DNA of 64,000 bases from Flectonema sp. DT1601 (Eukaryota), in NCBI GenBank assembly GCA_964019425.1, contig OZ025784.1, positions 744,001 to 808,000 on the forward strand, given 5' to 3'. Both the position numbers and the translations under genes were made by a program. Shown in pieces: positions 36,494 to 47,559 of the stretch. The notes beneath the pieces are model-generated. The model saw only the letters and a program-made list of their open reading frames with translations, ran no database searches and was not told the origin of the DNA. How positions within the stretch are numbered: the first letter of the stretch is position 1; each line of letters opens with the position of its first letter.

Positions 36494-36771
36494 TTCTTTT
36501 TATTTATTTTTTAAACATACTTGTACCCCTTTAAAGGGGGCAAAATAAAGGGGAAATTAAAGGGCTTTTAATGCCCTTTAATTTCCGTAATTCCAAAATA
36601 AAGGGGAAATAAAGGGCTTTTAATCCAAATAAAGGGCTTTTTTTCCTTTTTTTCCAAAATAAAGGGGAAATAAAGGGGAAATAAGCGGAATAAAGGGGGG
36701 TGGGAAAGCCCCTTTATTTCCGCTTTATTTATTAAATCCCAAGGCACCCACCACGCTGCGTCATCCTAAGT

Positions 36772-37797
36772 CGGAAAGGAAATTACTCGAAAGTCGGGGC
36801 AGTTCGAACGTCAGCATTCACATCAGCAAGCAACCAGTCCTGAGTACTTAAAGAACCCAACCATTACGTGGATCAGTCACAGTCACACTTAGTATAGCGT
36901 TAGTACAGAGGACACGGATCTGCTATGCAGGGAAGTGACTTGAACTCGTTCAACTAATTAATGTGTGTAGATATAAGCGCCGCGAATTGACGGGTCTGAA
37001 GTTATGCTTTCCGAAGAGAGCAACCACCCACGCGAGTGTTATTTTGACGCTATAACCTGTGACTTTCAACACGTAACAACCAGGGATAATTCTCAGTAAG
37101 GCCGCCGTCACCGTGAAGCTGCTACGAATATAACCCAACAAACTAGCAATTCCTCCAACCTTTTTCGTCAGTCGGGATTGTTACACGCCGGAAAAGGAAA
37201 CTACTCGAAAGTCGGGGCAGTTCGAACGTCAGCATTCACATTAGCAAACAACCAGTCTTGAGAACCCAATCATTACGTAACATGTAACAACCAGGGATAA
37301 TTCTCAATAAGGCCGCCGTCACCGTGAAGCTGCTACGAATAACAGTTCGAACGTCAGCATTCACATTAGCAAGCAACCAGTCTTGAGAACCCAACCATTA
37401 CGTGCATCAGCCACAGTTAACCTGCAACTTTCAACATGTAACAACCAGGGATAATTCTCAATAAGGCCGCCGTCACCGTGAAGCTGCTACGAATAACAGT
37501 TCGAACGTCAGCATTCACATTAGCAAGCAACCAGTCTTGAGAACCCAACCATTACGTGCATCAGCCACAGTTAACCTGCAACTTTCAACATGTAACAACC
37601 AGGGATAATTCTCAATAAGGCCGCCGTCACCGTGAAGCTGCTACGAATAACAGTTCGAACGTCAGCATTCACATTAGCAAGCAACCAGTCTTGAGAACCC
37701 AATCATTACGTAACATGTAACAACCAGGGATAATTCTCAATAAGGCCGCCGTCACCGTGAAGCTGCTACGAACATAACCCAACAAACTAGCAATTCC
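36772..37797. repeat. Internal tandem repeats (154-bp period and length variants) in the TIR element
   Basis: CAGTTCGAACGTCAGCATTCAC at about 36799, 37218, 37343, 37497 and 37651; AAGGCCGCCGTCACCGTGAAGCTGCTACGAA repeated 5 times. Confidence 0.85.
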
Positions 37798-39182
37798 ACT
37801 CACTTCGAACGCACTCAGCCAGAGAGCTTGCCAACAGAACAGAACGCAAGGTTACTTTCGGGTCCAATCTTCGCCGTGAGCCTGGTGTCTTGTGCTGGGC
37901 TGGGTTTCCAGAGGGCCTCACCATGCACACAAACTCCTGGATGGGACGATCGAGGGAATCAACCAAGCCGAGAACTGAACCGGAAGGATAGGCTTACAAG
38001 ACTAACCTGAAGTAAACTTCAGAGCTTCGCTTTCCAGCATGCCGAAACAGAGCCATGGAAGGGGATTACACAACAACCTCATTAAACCCACTGGCCACCC
38101 CGTGCATAGTCGCCGCCAATGGTTATTACTATCCAAAGCGCTAACACGAGGCACCACACATTCGTAAGAAGGGAGTCCTACCGGAACGGACCACGCATCT
38201 GATTCTACTGGTTAAAGCAACTCCGAAAGAATGTATTCTCCATGATTTCAGACATGTAACTTTTGGATATCATGCTCCTGTCTAATTGTTCCCACATAAG
38301 CTTTTGTCTTGAGAGATTGAAAATAAAGTTTGTAGTAATAGCCTAAAGAGAGGAGAAAGTTTTTATTTTAAAATTGCGAGAAAAAATGATGTCAAGTCAA
38401 ATTGACCAGGTATTTCTCTGACAATCTTGACTGTCAGCGGCAGCGTAGTAAATGACTGCAGATAAATAAATACCACGTGAACATAGTTGAGCACCACTTG
38501 CTTGATGTAACCGCAACAGTTTTTTATAAAACCCATGAGTATTTAATTAATAATTATATTGTCTTGAAAACTTGAAGGGGGTTAACTGTTGGATTTTATA
38601 CGATTCCTCTCAGCTGCATACACATCTCTTTTTTCCGTGTTGTCATTCAGTGCAGTACGGAATCGAGTTATTCAACTGTGAATTAATCACCAAGACGAAC
38701 ACCAGGAAGGGGGGCGTTTGAGTTTGATTTGTAAAATACAACTATATCATCATAACGATATTTAACATCATAAGGAAACCGCTAGCTACCATGCTGGTAA
38801 CTGACCAACTCAGTCAACTCACTAATCTTTGGCCACCGTTCCGACTTTCTTTCCTTTCACACCGACAGTCCTCTAACGGACTAATCACGTATCGAAAAAA
38901 ACAGCGAAGGTCGAGCAACTTAATACCTCGTGCCGAAATTCTTGTGAGGAACTCAAGAATTTTTGCTGAAAAAAAAATTTCCAAAAAAAAAATTCCTCAC
39001 AATAATAATTCCTTACCAGATCACCAAAGGAAACCCCCAGTAAAAATTTTTCCTTGATCAGGAATTATTTTTGTGGGAGAAGAATCTTGTGAAATAACGA
39101 TTTTTGAGGAGAAATTCCTTGCAAGGATAATTCCCGCAATAAGAATATAGGAAAGAAAATTAAAAAAAAACTTTTTTAAGTG

Positions 39183-39262
39183 ACGCTGGTTGTCCACTGG
39201 TATGATTGTGGATTTGCATTCGCTAGGCTGCAGGTTCGAGTCCTGGTGGAGGATTTTTTTTT
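39183..39262 (+). pseudogene. Degenerate tRNA-like sequence followed by oligo-T
   Basis: T-arm CAGG-TTCGAGT-CCTG (B box GGTTCGAGTCC), D-arm-like CACTGGTATGATT, imperfect anticodon stem with 6-nt loop, no good acceptor stem. Confidence 0.45.
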
Positions 39263-40931
39263 TAATTAAAAACCATTAAAAGCCCTTTATTTTTATTTTT
39301 CCAAATTAAAGGGGAATTAAATCCCCTTTAATTTTAAAATAAAGGGCCCTTTAATTCATTAAATCCCCTTTAATTCCCCTTTATTTCATTAAATTGGAAA
39401 ATAAAGGGGAATTAATTAAAAGCCCTTTAATATTAAAAGCCCTTTATTTCCGCTTTAATTTTTAATTCCCCTTTAAAGGGGTACAAGTATGTTTAAAGAA
39501 AAAACAATCAGTTTAGCGTCCTGACCAGGACGGAAAATAGAAAGTAATCGACATAGTCGATCGATAAAAAAAAACAATGATAACATTGTTTAATCTTTTT
39601 TTTTTTTTTTTTTTTTTTATTCTTTTTATTTATTTAGAAAAAACAATCAGTTTAGCGTCTTGACCAGGACGGAAAATAGAAATTAGTCGACAAAGTCGAT
39701 CGATAAAAAAACAATGATAACATTGTTTATTCTTTTTTTTTTTTTTTTTTTTTAAATTCTTTTTATTTATTTTTTAAGAAAAAAAAAACGGAAAATAGAA
39801 ATTAGTCGACAAAGTCGAACGATAAAAAAACAATGATAACATTGTTTATTCTTTTTTTTATTTTTTTTTTTTTTATTCTTTTTTATTAATTTTGAAAAAA
39901 AAAAAAACAATCAGTTTAGCGTCTTGACCAGGACGGAAAATAGAAAGTAATCGACATAGTCGATCGATAAAAAACAATGATAACATTGTTTATTCTTTTT
40001 TTTTTTTTTTTTTTTTTAAATTCTTTTTATTTATTTTTTAAGAAGAAAAACGGAAAATAGAAATTAGTCGACAAAGTCGAACGATAAAAAAACAATGATA
40101 ACATTGTTTATTCTTTTTTTTATTTTTTTTTTTTTATATTCTTTTTTATTAATTTTGAAAAAAAAAAAAAAAAAAAACAATCAGTTTAGCGTCTTGACCA
40201 GGACGGAAAATAGAAAGTAATCGACATAGTCGATCGATAAAAATACAATGATAACATTGTTTAATCTTTTATAATTTTTTATTTTTTTTTTTTGTTTTAA
40301 AAAAAAAAAAAAAAACAAGCGGAATTGATCATAATGGGTGGTAGGGGTTGTTATAACTTCGTTTGAAAATTCTTCTTTTTTGATTTCTTTTTTTTTTTCT
40401 TTTTATAGGAGTTAAGATCACTTTCAGGAGACAACACATGAACAAGAGCAGCAAGCAGAGTTGACACTATCAATTCAAATTTGAAATACCGGGAATTAAT
40501 TTACAAGGAGGTATCTCAAGTGACTTGGTATCTCTAGCGTGTCGGTATCTCTGGAGTGCTGGTATCTCGTATGTGCGTTGGTATCTCATGAGTGATGGTA
40601 TCTCTTGTGCATTAGAAAAACGAAAAAGAATGTCATGACCATGACGGAAGAATTGAGGAATTGAGTTAACATGTTCAATTTAACTTATTTAAACTTTTTT
40701 TTTTTTAAACAGACCGTAACTATTTGAAAATAAAATGTAGATGGGAAACAGTGAAAAGTAAATTGGATGATAAAATTAAATGAGAAATATGACATAACAG
40801 ACCAGATAGCGAGTATTAAAAGGAAATTGAAAAGGAAAAGAGAAACTAGGTTAACACTTATTTAAAATTAAGACCGGTTAGTCAGTTTAAGGTCTTGACT
40901 AGGACCAACAAAAAAGAAAGAAAAAAAAAAA

Positions 40932-41565
40932 TTAACGATCAAGCTGAGCTGATCTTGTTTTTATTACAAATAGGGGAGCGGGAGGGATGGAAGGAATAGA
41001 GGAAAAAAAAAGAAAAGGTTGATCAATTGGATCTGATCGTCGAGAAGAAGAAATTATTTTAAAGGTTGATCGGTATAGCCGATCGTTGAGAAAAATAAAC
41101 AGATATAAATACAATCAGTTTAAATTAAAAAAAGAAAAAAAGATTAACGATCAAGCTGAGCTGATCTTGTTTTTATTACAAATAGGGGAGCGGGAGGGAT
41201 GGAAGGAATAGAGGAAAAAAAAAGAAAAGGTTGATCAATTGGATCTGATCGTCGAGAAGAAGAAATTATTTTAAAGGTTGATCGGTATAGCCGATCGTCG
41301 AGAAAAATAAACAGATATAAATACAATCAGTTTAAATTAAAAAAAGAAAAAAAGATTAACGATCAAGCTGAGCTGATCCTGTTTTTATTTAAAATTAGGG
41401 GAGCGGGAGGGATGGAAGGAATAAAGGAAAAAAAAAAAAAAAAAAAAAAAGGTCGATCAATTGGATCTGATCGTCGAGAAGAAGAAAACAATTATTTATA
41501 AAAAAAAAAAATGGTCGGTATAGCCGATCGTTGAGAAAAGAACAGATATAAATACAATCGGTTTT
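40932..41565 (-). repeat. 212-bp tandem repeat (about 3 units) in the 3' tail of copy C
   Basis: TTAACGATCAAGCTGAGCTGATC at 40932, 41144 and about 41355. Confidence 0.9.
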
Positions 41566-41700
41566 GGTGATCGACGAGTGGAGCGATCACTTGACAAGAA
41601 GGAAAAAGAAAGGACCGATTAATTGGGGCTTTGATTGTATTCCCAAGGCATGTTTTTTTTTTTTTTTTTTTATTATTCAATACAATTTTTTTATTATTCA

Positions 41701-44700
41701 AAGAAAAAAAACAAATGTGCCCCTGGTCCCAATTGCATACCTTATGTTGTATGGAAAAAGGTCCCAACTTTTATGGAAGCACTTTACAAGGTATTAAAGA
41801 GAATTTTCGAACTCAAGGCCTATCCGGATAGTTGGGGCTTAGCATTTGTAACAATGCTCCCAAAGCCCAACTCCGATGGGAAAGACATCTCGAAAACGAG
41901 ACCGATAGCTGTGGGCAACTGCGACGGGAAAATTTTTAATACGGTTATTCAGGAAGCCGTCGCAAACCACACTCTTTCTAAATTTAATTTTCAAAAAGGC
42001 TTTAGGAAAGGTGTCTCTGGATGTATCGAACATGCCACGATCACCTCAGAGATTTTTAAAGAAGTGAAAGCTCTCCGGAAAAACCTAACAATTGTCTGGG
42101 TGGATTTGGCAGATGCTTTCGGCTCAGTCAAACATCAATTAATTTTCTTTGCTTTAAAATATTTCGGAATTCACGAAAGAATAATCGGTTTCTATAAAAG
42201 GTATTATTCCTCCATGCGCGTCCAAATCAGAGTTGGAGAAGGCCTGACGCCCACTATCCCTTTTGAAGTTGGTGTCTTTCAAGGCTGCGTTTCCTCCCCA
42301 ACCCTTTTTAATTTGGTATTCCAACTACTGCTCTTTTCCTTAGCAGTTCATCAACAGGAAGCCTACGAGTTTAACAATAAATCCCTCCAACTATTAGTTG
42401 CAGCTTTTGCTGATGATTTACAACTTACCACGTCATCAAAGGCGGGGGCAAAATTGCTAATCAAGTCGCTCGAACAGTTTCTTTCCTGGTCTCGTGGTAT
42501 GAAAGCGAAACCCCAGAAATGCATTGCCCACAGCTTTGTACAAGGGAAACCAGCTAACCCGGACCTGAAGATTAACAATGTTCCGATTACGAATCTCCAG
42601 GAAGCTGGAGAGTTCAAATACCTCGGGCGTTGGTTTGAGCCGAACGCCAAAGAACAGAAATTGCGAGAGCGCCTGACCACTTTTACCAGGAATTTTTTAA
42701 AAAAAGTCGACGCCATGCCACTATATGGGTCTCAGAAGGCTTGGTCTGTCCAACACTTGTTATTGTCAAGGTTAACATGGAGTTTAATGATCCATGACTT
42801 ATCTCTCCCTTTTGCCAAAAAAATGGACAAAATTATTAAACCTTTTTTGAAGAAATGGTGGGGATTTGTCCGCTCTGCGAACACAGTCATCCTTTTTACC
42901 GGTTCAAAGAACACTGTTGGTCTCAGACACAAAAGAGTTGAGACGCTATATAAACAAGCGCAATCAATTAAACTAGACATCCTCAGATCCTCACAGGACT
43001 CTGACATGCACGGTGTCTACAATGTTATTATGGAGAAATCGTCCAACTGGTCGAAAAAGTTTTCAGCTTCTGCTGAGTGGGAGCGCCTTATTAAGTTTTT
43101 TTCTTACCGTTCTCTTGCGAAGCAATCAGCTGGTCTTGGTCACCGATTGCGCGATCTACGTACTACTCGCCCCGATCTCCTTAAGCGTTTTGAAGTGGAA
43201 GCCACAGATGAACTACTGAACTCTTTGAATAAATTACAAGTCCAAGGTCAGTGGAAGGAGTGGTCTAAATGTATGATAAACGATTTCACCTGGAATAAGG
43301 TACTTAGGGAGGGAAATCCTGCCTATATCTCATTTCAACTGAAAGCGGTTACAAACACCCTCCCCTCACAAGATAATTTAAAGAGGTGGAACATCACCAA
43401 TGTGGACCAAAATTGTGTTTTGTGTGGCAAAGTGAATCCTACCCTCAGGCATGTCTTAACAGGCTGTCCTGTCTCTTTAACACAAGGGAGGTTCACGTGG
43501 CGTCACGACAGCGTTCTAAAACGCATTGTTATCTTCTTGGAAGAGTTGATAATAAAAGCCAACAAAAGAAAAGAAAACCTCCCGCCTCCCTCTCAAACTT
43601 TTTTAAAAACAGGGGAAAATAAACCCCTAGAAAGAATTTCTAAAGAGACAGGCGAACTTTCACTAGCGAATGATTGGGTCATCCTCGACGATGTCGGTGA
43701 TAACCGCCTAATTGTTCCTCTTGAAGTGTGCCATGTCTCGTCCTCTCTAAGACCAGACATTTTTATTTATTCTTTTTTTGCGAAAAGAGCACTGATTCTG
43801 GAGCTGACGTGTCCAAATGAAGATCGTTTCGAAACCTCTCATGTCTTAAAGGAAAAGAAATACCTAAAGCTAAGAGACTCGATCATCGCTAATGGCTTCG
43901 ACTGTAACATTTTTACTATTGAAGTTGGCGTACGAGGAAACATCTGCATGGACCAGCTGAACATCTGGACACGTCACATCGGTTCACCTTTAGCACCAAC
44001 AAAAGCTTTATTTTGTGAATGCACCAGAATCGCCAGACAGTGCTCATATGTTCTGTTCCAGACGAGGAACCTCCCCACGTGGCATTCAAGACCACTAATG
44101 CGCAGCATTAAAGAAGAACCTGCCACTGCAAGTTTTATAAAAGATGGTAAAGAAATCTTCCCTGTGGAAGAAGTCAAAATCCACAAAGTAACAAAACTGA
44201 AAACGATCGAAAAGCTCACCATTGAAAGATCGTGGCTTGAGAAATGTTTTATCTGGCAAACTTGTTACGCATCGGCTCTTTCTATTCTACTTATTGCCAA
44301 TGGTTCTTCCTCCCCGGCCCCTTCTGTTTTGTTAGATGAGGATGAGCTCACTGGACTCTCCTTGTCATTCTCTTCTATTTCTTCCATCTCTTTCCAGACT
44401 CCCCCACCTGAACTCATGTCAACGGGATCGCAAACACTTCCTGCTGATTTCGCTATAGTGATAAGAACTCAATCTGACATGGGTTCTCAAACCCCCTTGT
44501 ACAAAAAAAAAGAAGGAAAATTAAGGCTGAAACTTTCCTTGAAATGCCAGATTTTAGAAAACGAATTAGAGCAAATGAAAGAACGAATTTTTTATGTTCT
44601 ATTTTTATTTTACTTTAATGCGATGTCAGCCTCCCTCGAGAAAGACAAGCAGTTACTAAATGGATTACCTGTTGAGATCAAAGCTACCAACCAGGATCCA

Positions 44701-45777
44701 TCCTCACTTCCTCCTGCGCCCCCTGTTTTAATTATTGAAAAAGATAGAAAAGAATATGAACTTCTGGAAGGAGTAATTCAACGGTTAACAGCAGAACGCG
44801 ATGAATCGAAGACTTCTCTTTCTGCACTAGTTCGACAATATGACTTAGTGGAAGATTACAGGAAACGTGAGCTCGCAAATCTGACTCAGAGAGCAGACCT
44901 ATCGGAAATGGCGCTCTTTAATTACCATCAAAGGTTTGTTCTTCTGTCGAACGAATTGGAGACCAAATGTAATGAGGAAAGAGAAAGTAAAATAAGACTT
45001 TTCTATACTCAACAGGAGGTCGAGAGTTTGCGTGCCGCGCGTCCCCGTATGACCCACTTTAGTCAACAAGTTTCCCCCCGAACCCCCGTTCTGTATGAAT
45101 CTGTTGCTATGATGAAGATAGCAAAGAACTACCTCTCGCTCTTTACAACTACGAGTAGTCTTTTTACTCCTCTTATTAAACCCCTTATCCCTACCCTTAA
45201 TTATATCACCCCTCTTTGTCCTCTAGCCTCAATTCCTCCGACAATGCCGCAGAGTGAAGCTCTCGACCGCACGCCGACCAAGATTTTACGACAAGAGAGT
45301 CACGTTATCTCCGTTAAAGAGAATACACCTATTGCGAGACAATGGTCCGAGGGTAGGATTGACTTACTCGAGAACTACTGTCGAGCAGTAGATGACTCTC
45401 TCGAAACAAACGAGAAAGCGGCAGAGCTCTCAGAACAACTTCTGGATGCCCAACTTCGCCTCTCGGAGCTGAATCACCAACGGTGTACAACTCACGCAGA
45501 GCAGCTTGAGCAATCCATGATGTTAACGGGACTGGCGAGCGATTTAAATGCTCAACTCGCCTTGGCACGGTCTCAAATTGCGGCCCTGAAGTTCCAATTA
45601 GCTTCATGGGCAGAAGGTTTGAGTCCGCCAGACACAGAAGAACATGAGGAAAATGAAACTCCGCCGAGAAAGTCTGAGCGTTCAACTCTGAAAAAACGAA
45701 CCCCTCCATCAAGATATCGTTACAATCGAAGGAGATGTTCTGCTGATGACGTTCACGGTGACTCCACCCCCTTGTAA
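41701..45777 (+). CDS. Reverse transcriptase - CCHC knuckle - restriction-like endonuclease polyprotein with long C-terminal coiled-coil extension (5'-truncated, no native start)
   Basis: RT motifs APGPNCIP, RPIAV, QKGF, WVDLADAFGSV, GVFQGCVSSPTLF, FADD, FKYLG. C-x2-C-x8-H-x4-C knuckle (CVLC...H...C), then GRFTWRHDSVL, RPDI...ILELTCP and KEKKY. The ORF-track start at 41635 lies in the flanking copy C. Confidence 0.92.
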   Translation, partial: KKKNKCAPGPNCIPYVVWKKVPTFMEALYKVLKRIFELKAYPDSWGLAFVTMLPKPNSDGKDISKTRPIAVGNCDGKIFNTVIQEAVANHTLSKFNFQKGFRKGVSGCIEHATITSEIFKEVKALRKNLTIVWVDLADAFGSVKHQLIFFALKYFGIHERIIGFYKRYYSSMRVQIRVGEGLTPTIPFEVGVFQGCVSSPTLFNLVFQLLLFSLAVHQQEAYEFNNKSLQLLVAAFADDLQLTTSSKAGAKLLIKSLEQFLSWSRGMKAKPQKCIAHSFVQGKPANPDLKINNVPITNLQEAGEFKYLGRWFEPNAKEQKLRERLTTFTRNFLKKVDAMPLYGSQKAWSVQHLLLSRLTWSLMIHDLSLPFAKKMDKIIKPFLKKWWGFVRSANTVILFTGSKNTVGLRHKRVETLYKQAQSIKLDILRSSQDSDMHGVYNVIMEKSSNWSKKFSASAEWERLIKFFSYRSLAKQSAGLGHRLRDLRTTRPDLLKRFEVEATDELLNSLNKLQVQGQWKEWSKCMINDFTWNKVLREGNPAYISFQLKAVTNTLPSQDNLKRWNITNVDQNCVLCGKVNPTLRHVLTGCPVSLTQGRFTWRHDSVLKRIVIFLEELIIKANKRKENLPPPSQTFLKTGENKPLERISKETGELSLANDWVILDDVGDNRLIVPLEVCHVSSSLRPDIFIYSFFAKRALILELTCPNEDRFETSHVLKEKKYLKLRDSIIANGFDCNIFTIEVGVRGNICMDQLNIWTRHIGSPLAPTKALFCECTRIARQCSYVLFQTRNLPTWHSRPLMRSIKEEPATASFIKDGKEIFPVEEVKIHKVTKLKTIEKLTIERSWLEKCFIWQTCYASALSILLIANGSSSPAPSVLLDEDELTGLSLSFSSISSISFQTPPPELMSTGSQTLPADFAIVIRTQSDMGSQTPLYKKKEGKLRLKLSLKCQILENELEQMKERIFYVLFLFYFNAMSASLEKDKQLLNGLPVEIKATNQDPSSLPPAPPVLIIEKDRKEYELLEGVIQRLTAERDESKTSLSALVRQYDLVEDYRKRELANLTQRADLSEMALFNYHQRFVLLSNELETKCNEERESKIRLFYTQQEVESLRAARPRMTHFSQQVSPRTPVLYESVAMMKIAKNYLSLFTTTSSLFTPLIKPLIPTLNYITPLCPLASIPPTMPQSEALDRTPTKILRQESHVISVKENTPIARQWSEGRIDLLENYCRAVDDSLETNEKAAELSEQLLDAQLRLSELNHQRCTTHAEQLEQSMMLTGLASDLNAQLALARSQIAALKFQLASWAEGLSPPDTEEHEENETPPRKSERSTLKKRTPPSRYRYNRRRCSADDVHGDSTPL

Positions 45778-46261
45778 TTCTCTTTTTCCTTACTTTCACA
45801 TCACTTTGTTTAGTTAGTTTTTTAGCTTATTTATTATTTATTGTTCGTTTTTGTTTGTATTATTTTATCGATATGTTTATGTCCGTCAGATCATAACGTT
45901 AATCAGGTTAATTGTTAATTGTTAATTATAAATGGTCTAAACCCCAATCCAAGTTCCCAAGGCTTGGCATAGATTTGAGTGACGCCTTACTGGCCTCCTC
46001 ATCCTCTATGAGTGGTGAGGGGGCCAGCAATGGTTTTTTTTTTTTTTTTTTTTCTCTTATTTCTTTTTTTCTTTTTCTTTTACTCTAATATGAAATATTT
46101 TTGAACAAAATGTGATTATTAATTTAAAAAAAAAAAAAAAAAATAATAATGTAAATGAATAATAAAAAAAAAAAAAAAAAAAACATGCCTTGGGAATACA
46201 ATCAAAGCCCCAATTAATCGGTCCTTTCTTTTTCCTTCTTGTCAAGTGATCGCTCCACTCG

Positions 46262-46900
46262 TCGATCACCAAAACCGATTGTATTTATATCTGTTCTTTT
46301 CTCAACGATCGGCTATACCGACCATTTTTTTTTTATAAATAATTGTTTTCTTCTTCTCGACGATCAGATCCAATTGATCGACCTTTTTTTTTTTTTTTTT
46401 TCCTTTATTCCTTCCATCCCTCCCGCTCCCCTAATTTTAAATAAAAACAAGATCAGCTCAGCTTGATCGTTAATCTTTTTTTCTTTTTTTAATTTAAACT
46501 GATTGTATTTATATCTGTTTATTTTTCTCGACGATCGGCTATACCGATCAACCTTTAAAATAATTTCTTCTTCTCGACGATCAGATCCAATTGATCAACC
46601 TTTTCTTTTTTTTTCCTCTATTCCTTCCATCCCTCCCGCTCCCCTATTTGTAATAAAAACAAGATCAGCTCAGCTTGATCGTTAATCTTTTTTTCTTTTT
46701 TTAATTTAAACTGATTGTATTTATATCTGTTTATTTTTCTCAACGATCGGCTATACCGATCAACCTTTAAAAAAATTTCCTCTTCTCGACGATCAGATCC
46801 AATTGATCAACCTTTTCTTTTTTTTTTCCTCTATTCCTTCCATCCCTCCCGCTCCCCTATTTGTAATAAAAACAAGATCAGCTCAGCTTGATCGTTAAAT
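46262..46900 (+). repeat. 212-bp tandem repeat (about 3 units) in the 3' tail of copy D
   Basis: Reverse complement of 40932-41565; contains GATCGGCTATACCGATC hairpins. Confidence 0.9.
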
Positions 46901-47559
46901 TTTTTTTTCTTTCTTTTTTGTTGGTCCTAGTCAAGACCTTAAACTGACTAACCGGTCTTAATTTTAAATAAGTGTTAACCTAGTTTCTCTTTTCCTTTTC
47001 AATTTCCTTTTAATACTCTCTATCTGGTCTGTTATGTCATATTTCTCATTTAATTTTATCATCCATTTTACTTTTCACTGTTTCCCATCTACATTTTATT
47101 TTCAAATAGTTACGGTCTGTTAAAAAAAAAAAAAAAGTTTAAATAAGTTAAATTGAACATGTTAACTCAATTCCTCAATTCTTCCGTCATGGTCATGACA
47201 TTCTTTTTCGTTTCTCTAATGCACAAGAGATACCATCACTCATGAGATACCAACGCACATACGAGATACCAGCACTCCAGAGATACCGACACGCTAGAGA
47301 TACCAAGTCACTTGAGATACCTCCTTGTAAATTAATTCCCGGTATTTCAAATTTGAATTGATAGTGTCAACTCTGCTTGCTGCTCTTGTTAATGTGTTGT
47401 CTCCTGAAAGTGATCTTAACTCCTGTAAAAAGAAAAAAAAAAAGAAATCAAAAAAGAAGAATTTTCAAACGAAGTTATAACAACCCCTACCACCCATTAT
47501 GATCAATTCCGCTTGTTTTTTTTTTTTTTTTTTAAAACAAAAAAAAAAATAAAAAATTA

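Larger units (their letters stand above)
36516..39491. mobile_element. ~3.0-kb non-autonomous TIR DNA transposon with subterminal repeat arrays
   Basis: Perfect TIR CATACTTGTACCCCTTTAAAGGGG. TTTAAA duplicated at 36510-36515 and 39492-39497 (or TTAA if the termini are one base wider). Many (A/T)TAAAGGG motifs within ~250 bp of each end; no long ORF. Confidence 0.85.
33792..40316 (-). repeat. ~120-bp palindromic satellite array of copy C (interrupted by 36516-39491)
   Basis: Units ...AACAATCAGTTTAGCGTCTTGACCAGGACGGAAAATAGAAAGTRATCGACATAGTCGATCGATAAAA..ACAATGATAACATTGTTTATTC(T)n. Confidence 0.9.

Noticed and set aside
39183..39252. Functional tRNA gene
   Set aside because: No paired acceptor stem and a non-canonical anticodon loop; kept only as a relic.
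41635..41700. ORF-track start MYSQGMFFFFFF as the true N-terminus
   Set aside because: It lies in the flanking copy C T-tract and junction filler; the element is 5'-truncated.
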